Position numbers and translations under genes: made by a program
The notes under the pieces: model-generated
Database searches by the model: none
Told to the model about the DNA's origin: nothing
Seen by the model: only the letters and a program-made list of their open reading frames with translations
Source: Bacteroidales bacterium
Lineage (GTDB): Bacteria > Bacteroidota > Bacteroidia > Bacteroidales > P3
Direction of reading: 5' to 3'
Length of the DNA stretch: 64,000 bases
Assembly (NCBI GenBank): GCA_024400545.1
Contig: JAKSMO010000003.1
Coordinates: 1,170 to 65,169 of the forward strand
Part shown: one piece after another, positions 18,136 through 27,737 of the stretch
Position numbering within the stretch: position 1 is the first letter of the stretch
Layout: each line of letters starts with the position of its first letter

Positions 18136-20445
18136 ATGAACAATATCGTCATCAAAGGTGCCACAGAGAACAATCTGAAGAATGTATCGCTGGTAATCCC
18201 CAAGGGGAAAATCACTGTATTTACTGGAGTTTCCGGATCGGGCAAGTCGTCGCTCTGCCTCGACACCATTGCTGCCGAAAGCCGTCGCGAGCTGAATGAG
18301 ACCTTCCCCAGCTTTGTACAGCAGTATCTGCCCAAATATGGCCGACCCAAAGTGGAGCGCATTGAGAACATGCCTGTTACGATAGTGATCGACCAGAAGA
18401 AGCCGGCCAACAACAGCCGTTCCACTGTGGCCACCTATACCGACATCTATGCCTTGCTGCGACTGCTTTTCTCGCGCGTGGGCGAACCTTTTGTAGGCTA
18501 TTCCGATACTTTTTCGTTCAACCACCCCTCCGGCAGTTGTCCGCGGTGCGACGGCCTGGGCACTGTTACCGACCTAGACATCCACAAGTTGGTGGACTTC
18601 GACAAATGCCTCAACGACGAGGATGTGATTCATTTTCCGACTTTCACCACCGGCGCATGGCGTTGGAAACGATATGCTTACAGCGGACTTTTCGACCTCA
18701 ACAAAAAGATACGCGACTACAACGACGAGGAGATGCAACTCCTCCTCTACTCTCCGCAAATCAAGCTCAAGAATCCGCCCAGCAACTGGCCCAAATCGGC
18801 CAAGTTTGAGGGTCTTTACCCCCGCATGTACCGCAGCATTATCACCACCAAGGAGGGCAAGCGACAGCAGAAGGTGCTGGACACTATGATCTGCACCACC
18901 ACCTGCCCCGACTGCCACGGCACCCGCCTGAATGAGCGTGTGCGCAGCTGCAAGATCGACGGCAAGAATCTGGCCGACGTGGTGGATATGCCTATTACCG
19001 ACGCACTTACATTTATCCAGCACATCAGCCACCCTTTGGCCCACGATTTGAAGGAAGAGCTCGGCAAACGACTCCAAGCGCTCTGCGACATCGGCCTGGG
19101 CTATCTCTCGCTCAGCCGCGGCACCGGCACCCTAAGCGGGGGCGAGGCGCAGCGTATCAAGATTGCCAAGTATATCAACTCGGCCCTTACCGACATGGCC
19201 TATGTCCTCGATGAGCCCAGCGTCGGCCTTCACCCACAGGATATCAGCCGATTGAAGCAATCGCTCCTTCAGCTGCGCGACCACGGCAACACTATCCTCA
19301 TTGTAGAACACCACCGCGAGATTATTGCCATGGCCGACCATATAGTGGATATGGGACCCGGTGCCGGTGACCATGGTGGCAACATCGTTTATCAGGGCGA
19401 CTTTGCCGGACTATGCCTTTGCGACACCACCACGGGCCGTATGCTCCGGCACACCACCACATTGAAGGAGAATCCGCGCAAGCCCCAGGGCTGGCTGGCA
19501 ATAGAGCATGCCAAACTGCACAATCTGAAGGATTTGTCGCTAAAAATCCCCGAAGGGGTGATGACCGTGGTGGCCGGCGTGGCCGGTTCGGGCAAGAGCT
19601 CGCTCATGGAACATTTCATGCAACACAGCCCCAAAGACATCATCTTTATCGGCCAGAAAGACATCGGCATCAACCTCCGCAGCACTCCCGCCACTTACCT
19701 TAATATTGCCGATACCATACGCAAACTCTTTGCCAAAGAAGGAGCTTGCCACGATGAGCAATACCGCAGCCTCCGTCCCACCATGCAACTTTTCTCGTTC
19801 AATAGCCACGGCGCCTGCCCAGCCTGCAAGGGCAAAGGCATCATTGTAAGCGACATGGCTTTTATGGAAAGCATTGAGACCCAATGCGAGGAATGTCACG
19901 GCAGCCGCTACAATCGCCAAGCACTGGCCTACCGCTACCACGGCAAGACCATTGCCGAGGTGATGGACCTCACCGTGGAAGAAGCCATCCAATTCTTTGA
20001 CGGACAGCCTTTCATCGCCCAACTGCGGATGCTGCAAAAAGTCGGCCTCGGCTATCTGCACCTCAACCAAAGCATGACCACCCTCAGCGGCGGCGAGTTG
20101 CAGCGCGTGAAGTTGGCCGACCATCTTTACAGCACTGCCATCCACCTAAAAAACAATGAGACACAACTTTCCTCAGGTCACACATATATTATAGATGAAC
20201 CCACCGACGGCCTCCATCTGGACGATGTGCGTCGCCTCCTGTTGCTCTTCAACGAGATGACAGATGCCGGCAACACCCTCATCCTCATAGAGCACAGCCT
20301 TGAGGTGATGAAGCAGGCCGACTACCTCATCGAGCTTGGTCCGGGCGGCGGTGCCTCCGGCGGCCACCTTCTTTTCTGCGGCCAGCCACGAGATATCCTC
20401 CAGGCAAAACAATCAGTAACCTCAGAATATTTACAAGCACGATAG
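18136..20445 (+). CDS. UvrA-like ABC ATPase paralog, short form
   Basis: 769 aa. It has two ABC modules (GVSGSGKSSL / LSGGEAQRIKIA and GVAGSGKSSL / LSGGELQRVKLA) and Cys-cluster zinc modules (CPRCDGLG, CPDCHGTR, CPACKGKG). It is ~170 aa shorter than canonical UvrA. Confidence 0.85.
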   Translation: MNNIVIKGATENNLKNVSLVIPKGKITVFTGVSGSGKSSLCLDTIAAESRRELNETFPSFVQQYLPKYGRPKVERIENMPVTIVIDQKKPANNSRSTVATYTDIYALLRLLFSRVGEPFVGYSDTFSFNHPSGSCPRCDGLGTVTDLDIHKLVDFDKCLNDEDVIHFPTFTTGAWRWKRYAYSGLFDLNKKIRDYNDEEMQLLLYSPQIKLKNPPSNWPKSAKFEGLYPRMYRSIITTKEGKRQQKVLDTMICTTTCPDCHGTRLNERVRSCKIDGKNLADVVDMPITDALTFIQHISHPLAHDLKEELGKRLQALCDIGLGYLSLSRGTGTLSGGEAQRIKIAKYINSALTDMAYVLDEPSVGLHPQDISRLKQSLLQLRDHGNTILIVEHHREIIAMADHIVDMGPGAGDHGGNIVYQGDFAGLCLCDTTTGRMLRHTTTLKENPRKPQGWLAIEHAKLHNLKDLSLKIPEGVMTVVAGVAGSGKSSLMEHFMQHSPKDIIFIGQKDIGINLRSTPATYLNIADTIRKLFAKEGACHDEQYRSLRPTMQLFSFNSHGACPACKGKGIIVSDMAFMESIETQCEECHGSRYNRQALAYRYHGKTIAEVMDLTVEEAIQFFDGQPFIAQLRMLQKVGLGYLHLNQSMTTLSGGELQRVKLADHLYSTAIHLKNNETQLSSGHTYIIDEPTDGLHLDDVRRLLLLFNEMTDAGNTLILIEHSLEVMKQADYLIELGPGGGASGGHLLFCGQPRDILQAKQSVTSEYLQAR

Positions 20446-20723
20446 TTGACTCTGAGCGCAGCTTACCTAAAATGCTCCGATATCTGCTCGACCACAATAT
20501 ATTGCCCGACGCCTCCCTGGTATCGCTCCATGACGAGAAACACGGCCGCAAAATAGCACAAGACAACACCTATTTCCTTGCCCGTTGCATGCGGTGCGAT
20601 AGTGGTGAACTTTGATTGGTGAATTGTGACTTGTTGAACGGCAGCACAAATTAACATTGACTTTGACGTTAACTTTAACTGGGGCGGCAGCCTGTTAAAG
20701 TCAAGGTTTACGTTAAAGTTGTT

Positions 20724-21977
20724 TTATGAAAGCAATGCCGCTGCAGCCACCGCAGTAACGCCGGGATGCAACTCCCACGAGCGCGAGTCATTAGAGATTA
20801 CATAAGAATGAAGCAATGGCTTGTCTAAGAATTCCTCCAAACCGCGCAGATGTCGGGCATCTGTAGGTTGCACATGCTGTGTTTGCTTTATTTCAAAAGC
20901 CAGATACCCTTCCGGCAATTCTACCAACAAATCCACCTCACGGCCATCATGTGTGCGCAGATGATGGAACTTGGCCGAAGATAACACATTCTTTGCCTGT
21001 TTATACATCTCCGTCACCACAAAACTCTCGAATTCTGATCCCGACATTCCACCACGTTTTTGCAACACTGCCTGAAGCACACCATAGTCCATCATATGAA
21101 CTTTGGGAGCTTTCGATATCCGTTTTCCTTCATTGCGATCCCATGCCGGCAGCACCAAAGCCTGATAACTGATAACTAAATACTGCAAATAGCGCTGCAC
21201 TGTCTTTGCCGACACGCCGGCATCACGACTCAACGTGGCTAGACTATACGTCTGTCCAGTCTGGGCAGCCACGGCTCGCTGTAACTTGGCGTATGGCTCC
21301 AAATCTCTAAAATTGGCCAAATCTCTCACATCACGTTCCAAATAAGTTCGCACATAGTTGTTGAGCCATAGATATCGATCCTCGTCAGTCATCTGTTCAT
21401 CCACCAAGGCCGGATAGCCACCAAAACGGGTCAGAAAATCCCACGCTTGCTGTATCTCAGCCATCCTCGGGTCTAGCACAAACGAGGGCAGTAATGCCAC
21501 ACCATCTTTGGGGTTGGCCAACAACTGCTGAAAGCTACTAAGTCCACATGCATCATTCCAACCATGAGTCAACAACTCTGGCAATGTCAACGGAAACATT
21601 TCAACTATCACGCACCGTCCTGCCAAACTCTCACGCACCTTCTCCAGCAACAAAAACTGAGAGGAGCCCAACAACATATAACGCACATCAGCATAACTGT
21701 CGTATGCAGCTTTAATGCTCTCCACTAGCCGTGGCGACTTCTGCACCTCATCCAAGGCCGCATGCGGATAAAGCTGGTGCCATTGCTGAGCAGTCAGACT
21801 CAAGTAGGCATCTCTGCCCACAGGGTCTTCTATCGATAAATATTGGTAATTTTTCATAGCCGAACGCACCAAAGTAGTCTTTCCGACTTGTCTCGCACCC
21901 GAAAGAACCACAATTCTGCCCAATTTAGAGTCAGCTATATCTTTCAATTTATCAACTATTTGCCGATATTTTCCCAT
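20724..21977 (-). CDS. AAA ATPase, AAA_14 + DUF4143 type
   Basis: The likely start is MGKYRQIVDKL at ATG 21977; the track extends to 22058. Walker A is LSGARQVGKTTLV. A TATATTTG box lies on the minus strand at 22003..22010. Confidence 0.8.
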   Translation of the reverse strand: MGKYRQIVDKLKDIADSKLGRIVVLSGARQVGKTTLVRSAMKNYQYLSIEDPVGRDAYLSLTAQQWHQLYPHAALDEVQKSPRLVESIKAAYDSYADVRYMLLGSSQFLLLEKVRESLAGRCVIVEMFPLTLPELLTHGWNDACGLSSFQQLLANPKDGVALLPSFVLDPRMAEIQQAWDFLTRFGGYPALVDEQMTDEDRYLWLNNYVRTYLERDVRDLANFRDLEPYAKLQRAVAAQTGQTYSLATLSRDAGVSAKTVQRYLQYLVISYQALVLPAWDRNEGKRISKAPKVHMMDYGVLQAVLQKRGGMSGSEFESFVVTEMYKQAKNVLSSAKFHHLRTHDGREVDLLVELPEGYLAFEIKQTQHVQPTDARHLRGLEEFLDKPLLHSYVISNDSRSWELHPGVTAVAAAALLS

Positions 21978-22033
21978 AATTATGTCCGTATTTTTCGCAC
22001 TGCAAATATACGAATAAAAATCGACTTGCTCCC

Positions 22034-22119
22034 ATTTTTGGCGTAAAATCAGGACCAAAAGTCCTATTTTTAGCGTAAATTCGGGACTTACCGTCTCATT
22101 TTTGGCGTAAATTCGGGAC
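22034..22119. repeat. 3 x 22-nt direct repeat, period 32 (atttttGgcgtaaaWtcRggac)
   Basis: Copies at 22034..22055, 22066..22087 and 22098..22119, located upstream of the minus-strand ATPase promoter. Confidence 0.85.
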
Positions 22120-22254
22120 TACACATGAATGGTTGAATTAAAAATAAAAAATAGGAAGTGGCTGCCGCGGCAAAACTCTTTATTTTTCATTCTTCATTCT
22201 GGAGTTGTTAAAACCTCTTTATTTTTATTCTTAATTTTAGGCTCATAAAGCGGT

Positions 22255-22379
22255 ATTCCACAAAAAAAGTGTGGAATAATTCTAAACATTCCACAAAAAA
22301 AGTGTGGAATAATTTCAATATTCCCCAAGAAAAATGTAATTTTCTTAATCTATTCCGCAAAAAAAGTGTATTTTTGCAC
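22255..22379. repeat. 4 x ~27-nt direct repeat, period 32-33 (attccacaaaaaaagtgtggaataatt and degenerate copies)
   Basis: Units begin at 22255, 22288, 22320 and 22352. The first two are identical and each contains the palindrome ttccaca-N7-gtgtggaa. The last unit carries the TATTTTTG -7 box at 22369..22376. Confidence 0.8.
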
Positions 22380-22404
22380 ATTAAACACAAACACCTCAAA
22401 CACC

Positions 22405-23724
22405 ATGAAGAGATTAGTTTACAGCAAGTTAATATCATGGAAAAACAACACCAAGCACAAACCGCTCATCATCCTTGGTGCCCGACAAGTGGGGAAAACC
22501 TACATTTTAAAAGAATTTGGTACAAAAGAATTCGAGTCTATGGTTTACGTCAACTGCCACCGCGATACATTTGCCAAGCAGCTATTCCGAGACCTCAACG
22601 TGGTGCGTATCACGAAAGAGCTGGAACGATATTTCGACACCACTATCGTCCCAGGCAAAACGCTTGTCGTATTCGACGAAATCCAAGAAGTAGAAAATGG
22701 CATCGCCAGCTTGAAATACTTCTGTGAAGACATGCACTCACTGCATGTTGCCGTGGCAGGGTCTTTGTTGGGAATCTCTATCCGCGAAAACGAATCCTAC
22801 CCTGTGGGCAAAGTGCAGACCCTACACATGTTCCCCATGAGCTTCATAGAGTTCCTTATGGCCAGAGGGAAAAATGGCATGGTCGAGACCCTTACCGAGC
22901 TCAACTGGGACATGATGAGTGCCCAACACGAACCACTCATAGAATTGATGCGCGAATACTTTTTTGTGGGAGGCATGCCGGAAGCCGTTGCAGACTACTG
23001 CGAAAACCAAAATCCGACAACGGTACGACAAATACAATCAGAGATACTTGACGCTTACCAACGCGACATAGCCAAGCACACCAAAAACATGGCACAACGC
23101 ATACGCATGGTATGGGACAACATACCGGCACAACTCGCCCGCGAAAACAAGAAATTCATTTTCGGAGCAGTGCGCAAGGGAGGCCGGGCCGCTGATTTCG
23201 AACTAGCACTGCAATGGTTAGCCGAAGCCGGTATCATCACACAGGTGTCCCGAGCCAAGTCAGTCGCCCTTCCATTGAAATTTTATGCCGACCCATCTGC
23301 CTTCAAAGTTTACATGCTCGACTGCGGACTACTCGCATGCATGGCAGGAGCCAACCCCAACGACATGTTACTGGGCACTAATGCCTTTGTCGAATTTAAA
23401 GGAGCTTTTACCGAAAACTACATCCTACAGCAACTCTGTTCAACCTTAGGACGCGACAACATCTACTATTTCGCCAAAGACAACTCAACACAAGAAATCG
23501 ACTTCCTTGTCCAAACACAGGCTAGAACGCTTCCCATCGAGGTCAAGGCCACAGTCAATGTCAAGAGTAAATCGCTGTCAACCTTTATCAACAACGACCA
23601 TGCCGACCAAGGCCTCAAAGGACTGCGTTGCTCCCTCCTACCCTACGCTGACCAAGATTGGATGGAGAACATCCCCCTCTACGCTGCCGAGACTTACTTC
23701 CAACAATATGCTGAATACGTTTAG
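22405..23724 (+). CDS. AAA ATPase, AAA_14 + DUF4143 type
   Basis: The track starts at GTG 22366, and the first ATG at 22405 gives MKRLVYSKLISWK. Walker A is ILGARQVGKTYIL and Walker B is LVVFDEIQ. Confidence 0.8.
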   Translation: MKRLVYSKLISWKNNTKHKPLIILGARQVGKTYILKEFGTKEFESMVYVNCHRDTFAKQLFRDLNVVRITKELERYFDTTIVPGKTLVVFDEIQEVENGIASLKYFCEDMHSLHVAVAGSLLGISIRENESYPVGKVQTLHMFPMSFIEFLMARGKNGMVETLTELNWDMMSAQHEPLIELMREYFFVGGMPEAVADYCENQNPTTVRQIQSEILDAYQRDIAKHTKNMAQRIRMVWDNIPAQLARENKKFIFGAVRKGGRAADFELALQWLAEAGIITQVSRAKSVALPLKFYADPSAFKVYMLDCGLLACMAGANPNDMLLGTNAFVEFKGAFTENYILQQLCSTLGRDNIYYFAKDNSTQEIDFLVQTQARTLPIEVKATVNVKSKSLSTFINNDHADQGLKGLRCSLLPYADQDWMENIPLYAAETYFQQYAEYV

Positions 23725-23758
23725 CCAACCATTTTGATAATTAGCAATCCTCAACACC

Positions 23759-25060
23759 ATGGATTACCTCTACGAAACACGTCGCTTAAAAGAATACTAC
23801 CAAGGACTTGCCAAGGCAGCCGCTTCCATCTTGCCAAAGCAGATGGAAGACGAACTTCGCCAAGACATCGCAGACCCTGCCACCGATCAGCAATATCGCG
23901 AAACCATGTCTTTCTGGGCTTTTGTGTTCCTGCCTTTCTTCAACACCATGGCCTATATTGTCAACAACCGATTCATTCATGAGGATGAGTCCAACATCCT
24001 CGGCGACCTCGACCCTCACAAGCCAACCCTGCCCCCGCAGTCTATCTATCAATTCCTGCTACGTCTCAACCCTATGCCAGCCGAGGAGTTTGTGCGCACC
24101 ATCCAAAGTTCATCTGCCGTCCACGACCACCTTTTAGATGCTCTAACGCAACGCGACGAAGCGCAGTTCTGCACCATCTTGAGCGAGAATCATTGCGGAC
24201 TCGATGTCATCAGCCACCTGTGCAACCAGTTGTGGGACAATGTAAGCGATGTTTTTACATTAGAAGAAAACGAAATACCGATCATGATGGAGGCTTCCCT
24301 TGGCATCACCCGCAGCATCAATGCCTCCACTCCAAACCCCATGATTCCTCACATGGAGCAGGTGGTGCGGTCCGGCGAGCGGCTGGAAGCCGAAGACTCG
24401 GACAAGAATTTCCAGCAGTACATCATTGACTTTAACACCTTTCTCTGCAAATATTTTACCTATCTCATATCGCACTACCTTGACTGGCAAGCGTATTTTT
24501 CCCAGCAAGAAGCCGACCTTCTCAGCCAAATCCTGGCGCGCCCCGAAGGACAGATGCAGTATCAAGCAGCCTTGGCGCAATATCATCAGCAGCAATCCGC
24601 TGCGCACGATGACCTTTCCGCTGCGACCCTGTCCTGGACTCTGCCGTCCGACTTCTTCACCCTTCGTTGCGATGCTGCCCATTGTGAAGAGTATCTTGCC
24701 ATCAACGATGAAATCATCTCGGCCGGTGCCGACAAGTTCGCCCAGCTAATCAACTACTTGGCCGAGAACGACTACATCGGTTCGTCAGCCCAGACCAAAC
24801 AACTTCTGGCCTATCGGCTGGTCGGCAAGATGCGCCCCGATGATGTTGACACGCTAGAATGGCACGGCCACAACAACCAGCCCTACGAGCTCATCTATCT
24901 CATCAAACATCTCTCTGCCCGGGCCAACTACCGCAAGATGCGCCAGTTCTTCACTGGTCCGCAATGGGTCAAAGACCGCGACAGCAGCTATGCCAAGAGT
25001 GCCCATTACGACTTCCGCCGCTTCCTCCACCACCTCTATCCCACCTCATGTCCCCTCTAG
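23759..25060 (+). CDS. Hypothetical protein (433 aa)
   Basis: Long ORF with an ATG start, 35 nt after the ATPase stop. I recognise no motif. Confidence 0.55.
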   Translation: MDYLYETRRLKEYYQGLAKAAASILPKQMEDELRQDIADPATDQQYRETMSFWAFVFLPFFNTMAYIVNNRFIHEDESNILGDLDPHKPTLPPQSIYQFLLRLNPMPAEEFVRTIQSSSAVHDHLLDALTQRDEAQFCTILSENHCGLDVISHLCNQLWDNVSDVFTLEENEIPIMMEASLGITRSINASTPNPMIPHMEQVVRSGERLEAEDSDKNFQQYIIDFNTFLCKYFTYLISHYLDWQAYFSQQEADLLSQILARPEGQMQYQAALAQYHQQQSAAHDDLSAATLSWTLPSDFFTLRCDAAHCEEYLAINDEIISAGADKFAQLINYLAENDYIGSSAQTKQLLAYRLVGKMRPDDVDTLEWHGHNNQPYELIYLIKHLSARANYRKMRQFFTGPQWVKDRDSSYAKSAHYDFRRFLHHLYPTSCPL

Positions 25061-25262
25061 CTCTGCATCCTTACAGTCATGCTTTATGTCGGGGCGAACA
25101 AGTATATAAGTTTATGAGGGACTGGCTTAGTAGCATAATTGATTTGGCGCAGAAGTTGGCAACTTCTTCCGTTTTTAAGAAGGAGGGGGGCAGCCTCACG
25201 CCTGCAGAAAATCAGTTTGTGATAAAAGACCTCTAGGACTTGGCGAATAACGGTACCCTGAC

Positions 25263-25826
25263 TTAGTGCGAATCCAGCTCACCCACAAAATACCTTTTTG
25301 CCGTTTCTGCCGTGGCTTTATATTTGTTCTTAATGAGATACTGAAGCGTTGCTTGGAGCGACCTCATTTCAGGAACATCCTTCATGCCCCAGAAAAGCTT
25401 TGTGAACCTAGAGTCCAAATTGGATGTATTCTGCTTGGATTCTGACAAGAAATTCTTAAAGTCCGTAGGCAAATCATATTTTTCCAAACTTATCTTATTC
25501 TCAGCCGCATTATCAAGAATAAACTTATCAATTGCAGGATTAATTGTGATCAGATATTGTGAGCGACTATTATGCTTGAATAATGTCAGATGACTTGTTT
25601 CTGCAATCTTGCTGCATTGGCTAAAGAAATTATTCTTGCGATGCTGAACACGATCCAAGTCGATAATACCTATAGCGAACCTATCTTTGAACGTATTGTT
25701 CAAACTTCCAATTACATTGTTGCAACCATGCTGATGATTAACCGTACCATGTACTAAGGTCTGTATCAGATTTGTGTCAACGAAACACTCTGGGATAACT
25801 TCTGGATGGTCTAATTTATTCTTCAT
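25263..25826 (-). CDS. Small partner protein of the upstream ATPase, possibly PIN/Toprim-like
   Basis: 187 aa with a 4-nt overlap with the ATPase gene. The N-terminal ECFVDTNLIQTLV and the later GIIDLD are acidic motifs reminiscent of PIN/Toprim nucleases. This is a weak call made by eye only. Confidence 0.6.
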   Translation of the reverse strand: MKNKLDHPEVIPECFVDTNLIQTLVHGTVNHQHGCNNVIGSLNNTFKDRFAIGIIDLDRVQHRKNNFFSQCSKIAETSHLTLFKHNSRSQYLITINPAIDKFILDNAAENKISLEKYDLPTDFKNFLSESKQNTSNLDSRFTKLFWGMKDVPEMRSLQATLQYLIKNKYKATAETAKRYFVGELDSH

Positions 25827-27007
25827 AGATATGCTTCAAAATTAAAAAACAAATCAACCCCATTATAAATCGTATCCTCAATCATATCCTCGGAGAATGA
25901 GACAACATCATATTGATCATCATCGATTGGTCTTGTCATATATAATCGAAAATCTTTCGGACGATACTCCAACATTTGATTTAGCACATAAGGGCTATGT
26001 GTTGTCACGAAAATGGTATGCTTCCTATCACCGGCCATCAACCGATCCAGAATCCAGTTGATGAACTTATACTGAGTTGGAGGAAATAGGTTGTTTTCAG
26101 GTTCCTCTAGGAATATTTCGCTATGGTCAGTCTTTAGCAATCGATTCACATAACCATTAAATTTCTCTCGCTCCTCTTCAGTGCTAAACAGGTACGATTG
26201 CAGCTTGCTATTGAGGTAAAATTCAGTAGTCACTTTCTTTGAACCGCTTTTGGTTGCAAGACAACGGTTATAAATGATGTCGAATGTATGCTTGATTTCT
26301 GCGACCTTATTCAAGGAAAGATTTTGGAGATTCTTCTTTTCATCATCAAAGATTCCATTAAGAAGATAGTCCGTATGCACAAACAAAGGCATAAGCGACT
26401 GAATACCGCTGGATGTTTCAGCCAATTCCAATTCTTTACCACTTTTGAGAACAACAAGATCTTTCTCCTCTGTAGAATCAAAGTGGTAGTTTATTCCTAG
26501 ATTTAGTACGTTTTCTGTAGCGGCTTTGCTTCTTCGCGAAACATCCCACTCTTCCATAAATTCTTGAAGATGCGGGGATACATTTGACAAACCTTTATAA
26601 TCTTTAAAGAGAGAAACAACATTTCTGTCAGATGTGATGTAAGAAACTTTTGGTCTACAGTACCTCCAAGCGTTTCTATTCGTTTTGCAAGAGAATTTTG
26701 CCCTGGGCTTAGCATTGTCAAACGCAAACTTAAGATATGTGGTGCTATATTCAATATAAGAATCTTGTTTCAGGTAATTTCCCATGCCGTAATAATTGAT
26801 CAGATGCTCAATAAAGCAATTCTCCTTCTCAAAATAATCAGAAGATTGGAGTAGCATTATTCTTTTCTCTACCCATGAGCAGAAGCTAGCAATACGCAAG
26901 ATAGAACTTTTCCCCGAACTCTGCACGCCAAAAATCACATTCACCCGATCCAGTTCTATGTCGGCGTTACGTAGCGGTCCAAATCTTTTTACAATCAGAT
27001 GTTTCAT
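25823..27007 (-). CDS. ABC-like P-loop ATPase (AAA_21-type)
   Basis: 394 aa. Motifs: Walker A GVQSSGKSS, LEEPENNLFP, and H-loop TTHSPYVL. Confidence 0.75.
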   Translation of the reverse strand: MKHLIVKRFGPLRNADIELDRVNVIFGVQSSGKSSILRIASFCSWVEKRIMLLQSSDYFEKENCFIEHLINYYGMGNYLKQDSYIEYSTTYLKFAFDNAKPRAKFSCKTNRNAWRYCRPKVSYITSDRNVVSLFKDYKGLSNVSPHLQEFMEEWDVSRRSKAATENVLNLGINYHFDSTEEKDLVVLKSGKELELAETSSGIQSLMPLFVHTDYLLNGIFDDEKKNLQNLSLNKVAEIKHTFDIIYNRCLATKSGSKKVTTEFYLNSKLQSYLFSTEEEREKFNGYVNRLLKTDHSEIFLEEPENNLFPPTQYKFINWILDRLMAGDRKHTIFVTTHSPYVLNQMLEYRPKDFRLYMTRPIDDDQYDVVSFSEDMIEDTIYNGVDLFFNFEAYL

Positions 27008-27089
27008 TATATTTCAATCGTTTGCGAGACACAACTGTAAGTCGATGCTGCGGCATGCAGAATCAAGTTGGTATACTTTTTTTCAGTTG

Positions 27090-27097
27090 CAAAGATA
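27090..27097 (-). promoter_or_regulatory. -7 promoter box (TATCTTTG on the minus strand) for the ATPase/partner operon
   Basis: The plus strand reads caaagata. The box is 83 nt upstream of ATG 27007. Confidence 0.45.
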
Positions 27098-27629
27098 CGA
27101 TTTTTTTTCAAAATACTGCTTTTGTTTGTTTAAAACCAACTTAAATTATGAATCATTGGTGATGTTCGGCACAAAAAATCCTCTCAGCATTTCACTAAGG
27201 AGATGAAATGAAAAAAGTGATACAATGTGTCGTTTTGTCAAGTTGTCATTTTGTAATTTTTTCAATTCTTTCCAAGCAAGCTTGGCTAGAAGGACTGAAA
27301 GAAATTATCAGAAATGTTCCAGAAATTATTGACAACTAGCAATTTCTGATTAACAATGACTTTCTCGGATTTTCACTGGAAATCCTCGTCTTTCAGTGCA
27401 TAAGTTTCGCTTGCGAAACTTAAATAATCCAATTATTAGAGGCTACGCAGAATTATCCGAAGTAACCAACTTCAGGGCGTATTGTAGCGAAATCTGGTCT
27501 ATTGGAGAATATCTGACAACAACCGCGTCAGCCATCTCGCTCTTTTTGAGGGAGGGGGTGGGGCAGGGCGTTTCATGGCTATAGTTACCTATAATTGCCT
27601 ATGGCTCGACGAATCCGAGGATTTTTTTG

Positions 27630-27637
27630 TACTTTTG
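27630..27637 (+). promoter_or_regulatory. -7 promoter box (TACTTTTG)
   Basis: Matches TAnnTTTG and is preceded by a T-run. It is the first of three same-strand boxes upstream of the operon. Confidence 0.35.
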
Positions 27638-27737
27638 CAACACCTAAACAGAGCAGCGCGACACAAATAAAAGACTGAATCATATTGCTTTGGAAAGGAA
27701 AGTCAAGGAGCAAAGGCATTGTTTCAAAAAAAGTGCG

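Noticed and set aside
18016-18525. A 169-aa minus-strand ORF overlapping the uvrA-like start and its promoter region.
   Set aside because: It is antisense to the well-supported UvrA-like N-terminus (GVSGSGKSS) and extends through that gene's promoter box.
20463-20657. Minus-strand ORFs of 60-80 aa in the uvrA-like/ATPase boundary (20327..20569, 20463..20657, 20467..20649), and an imperfect palindrome at ~20650..20720.
   Set aside because: The ORFs overlap each other in different frames and overlap the uvrA-like 3' end, with no start context. The palindrome arms (ttgactttaac and gttaaagtcaa) are short and imperfect. This is probably just a terminator or boundary region.
11333-25196. A shared GC-rich core, GGGCGGCAGCC or its complement, at 11333, 20684, ~22158 and ~25188, next to word repeats. 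This could be a REP-like dispersed element.
   Set aside because: The exact matches are only 9-11 nt. With several kb of intergenic DNA and both strands considered, a few such matches are expected by chance. A genome-wide count would be needed before calling this a family.
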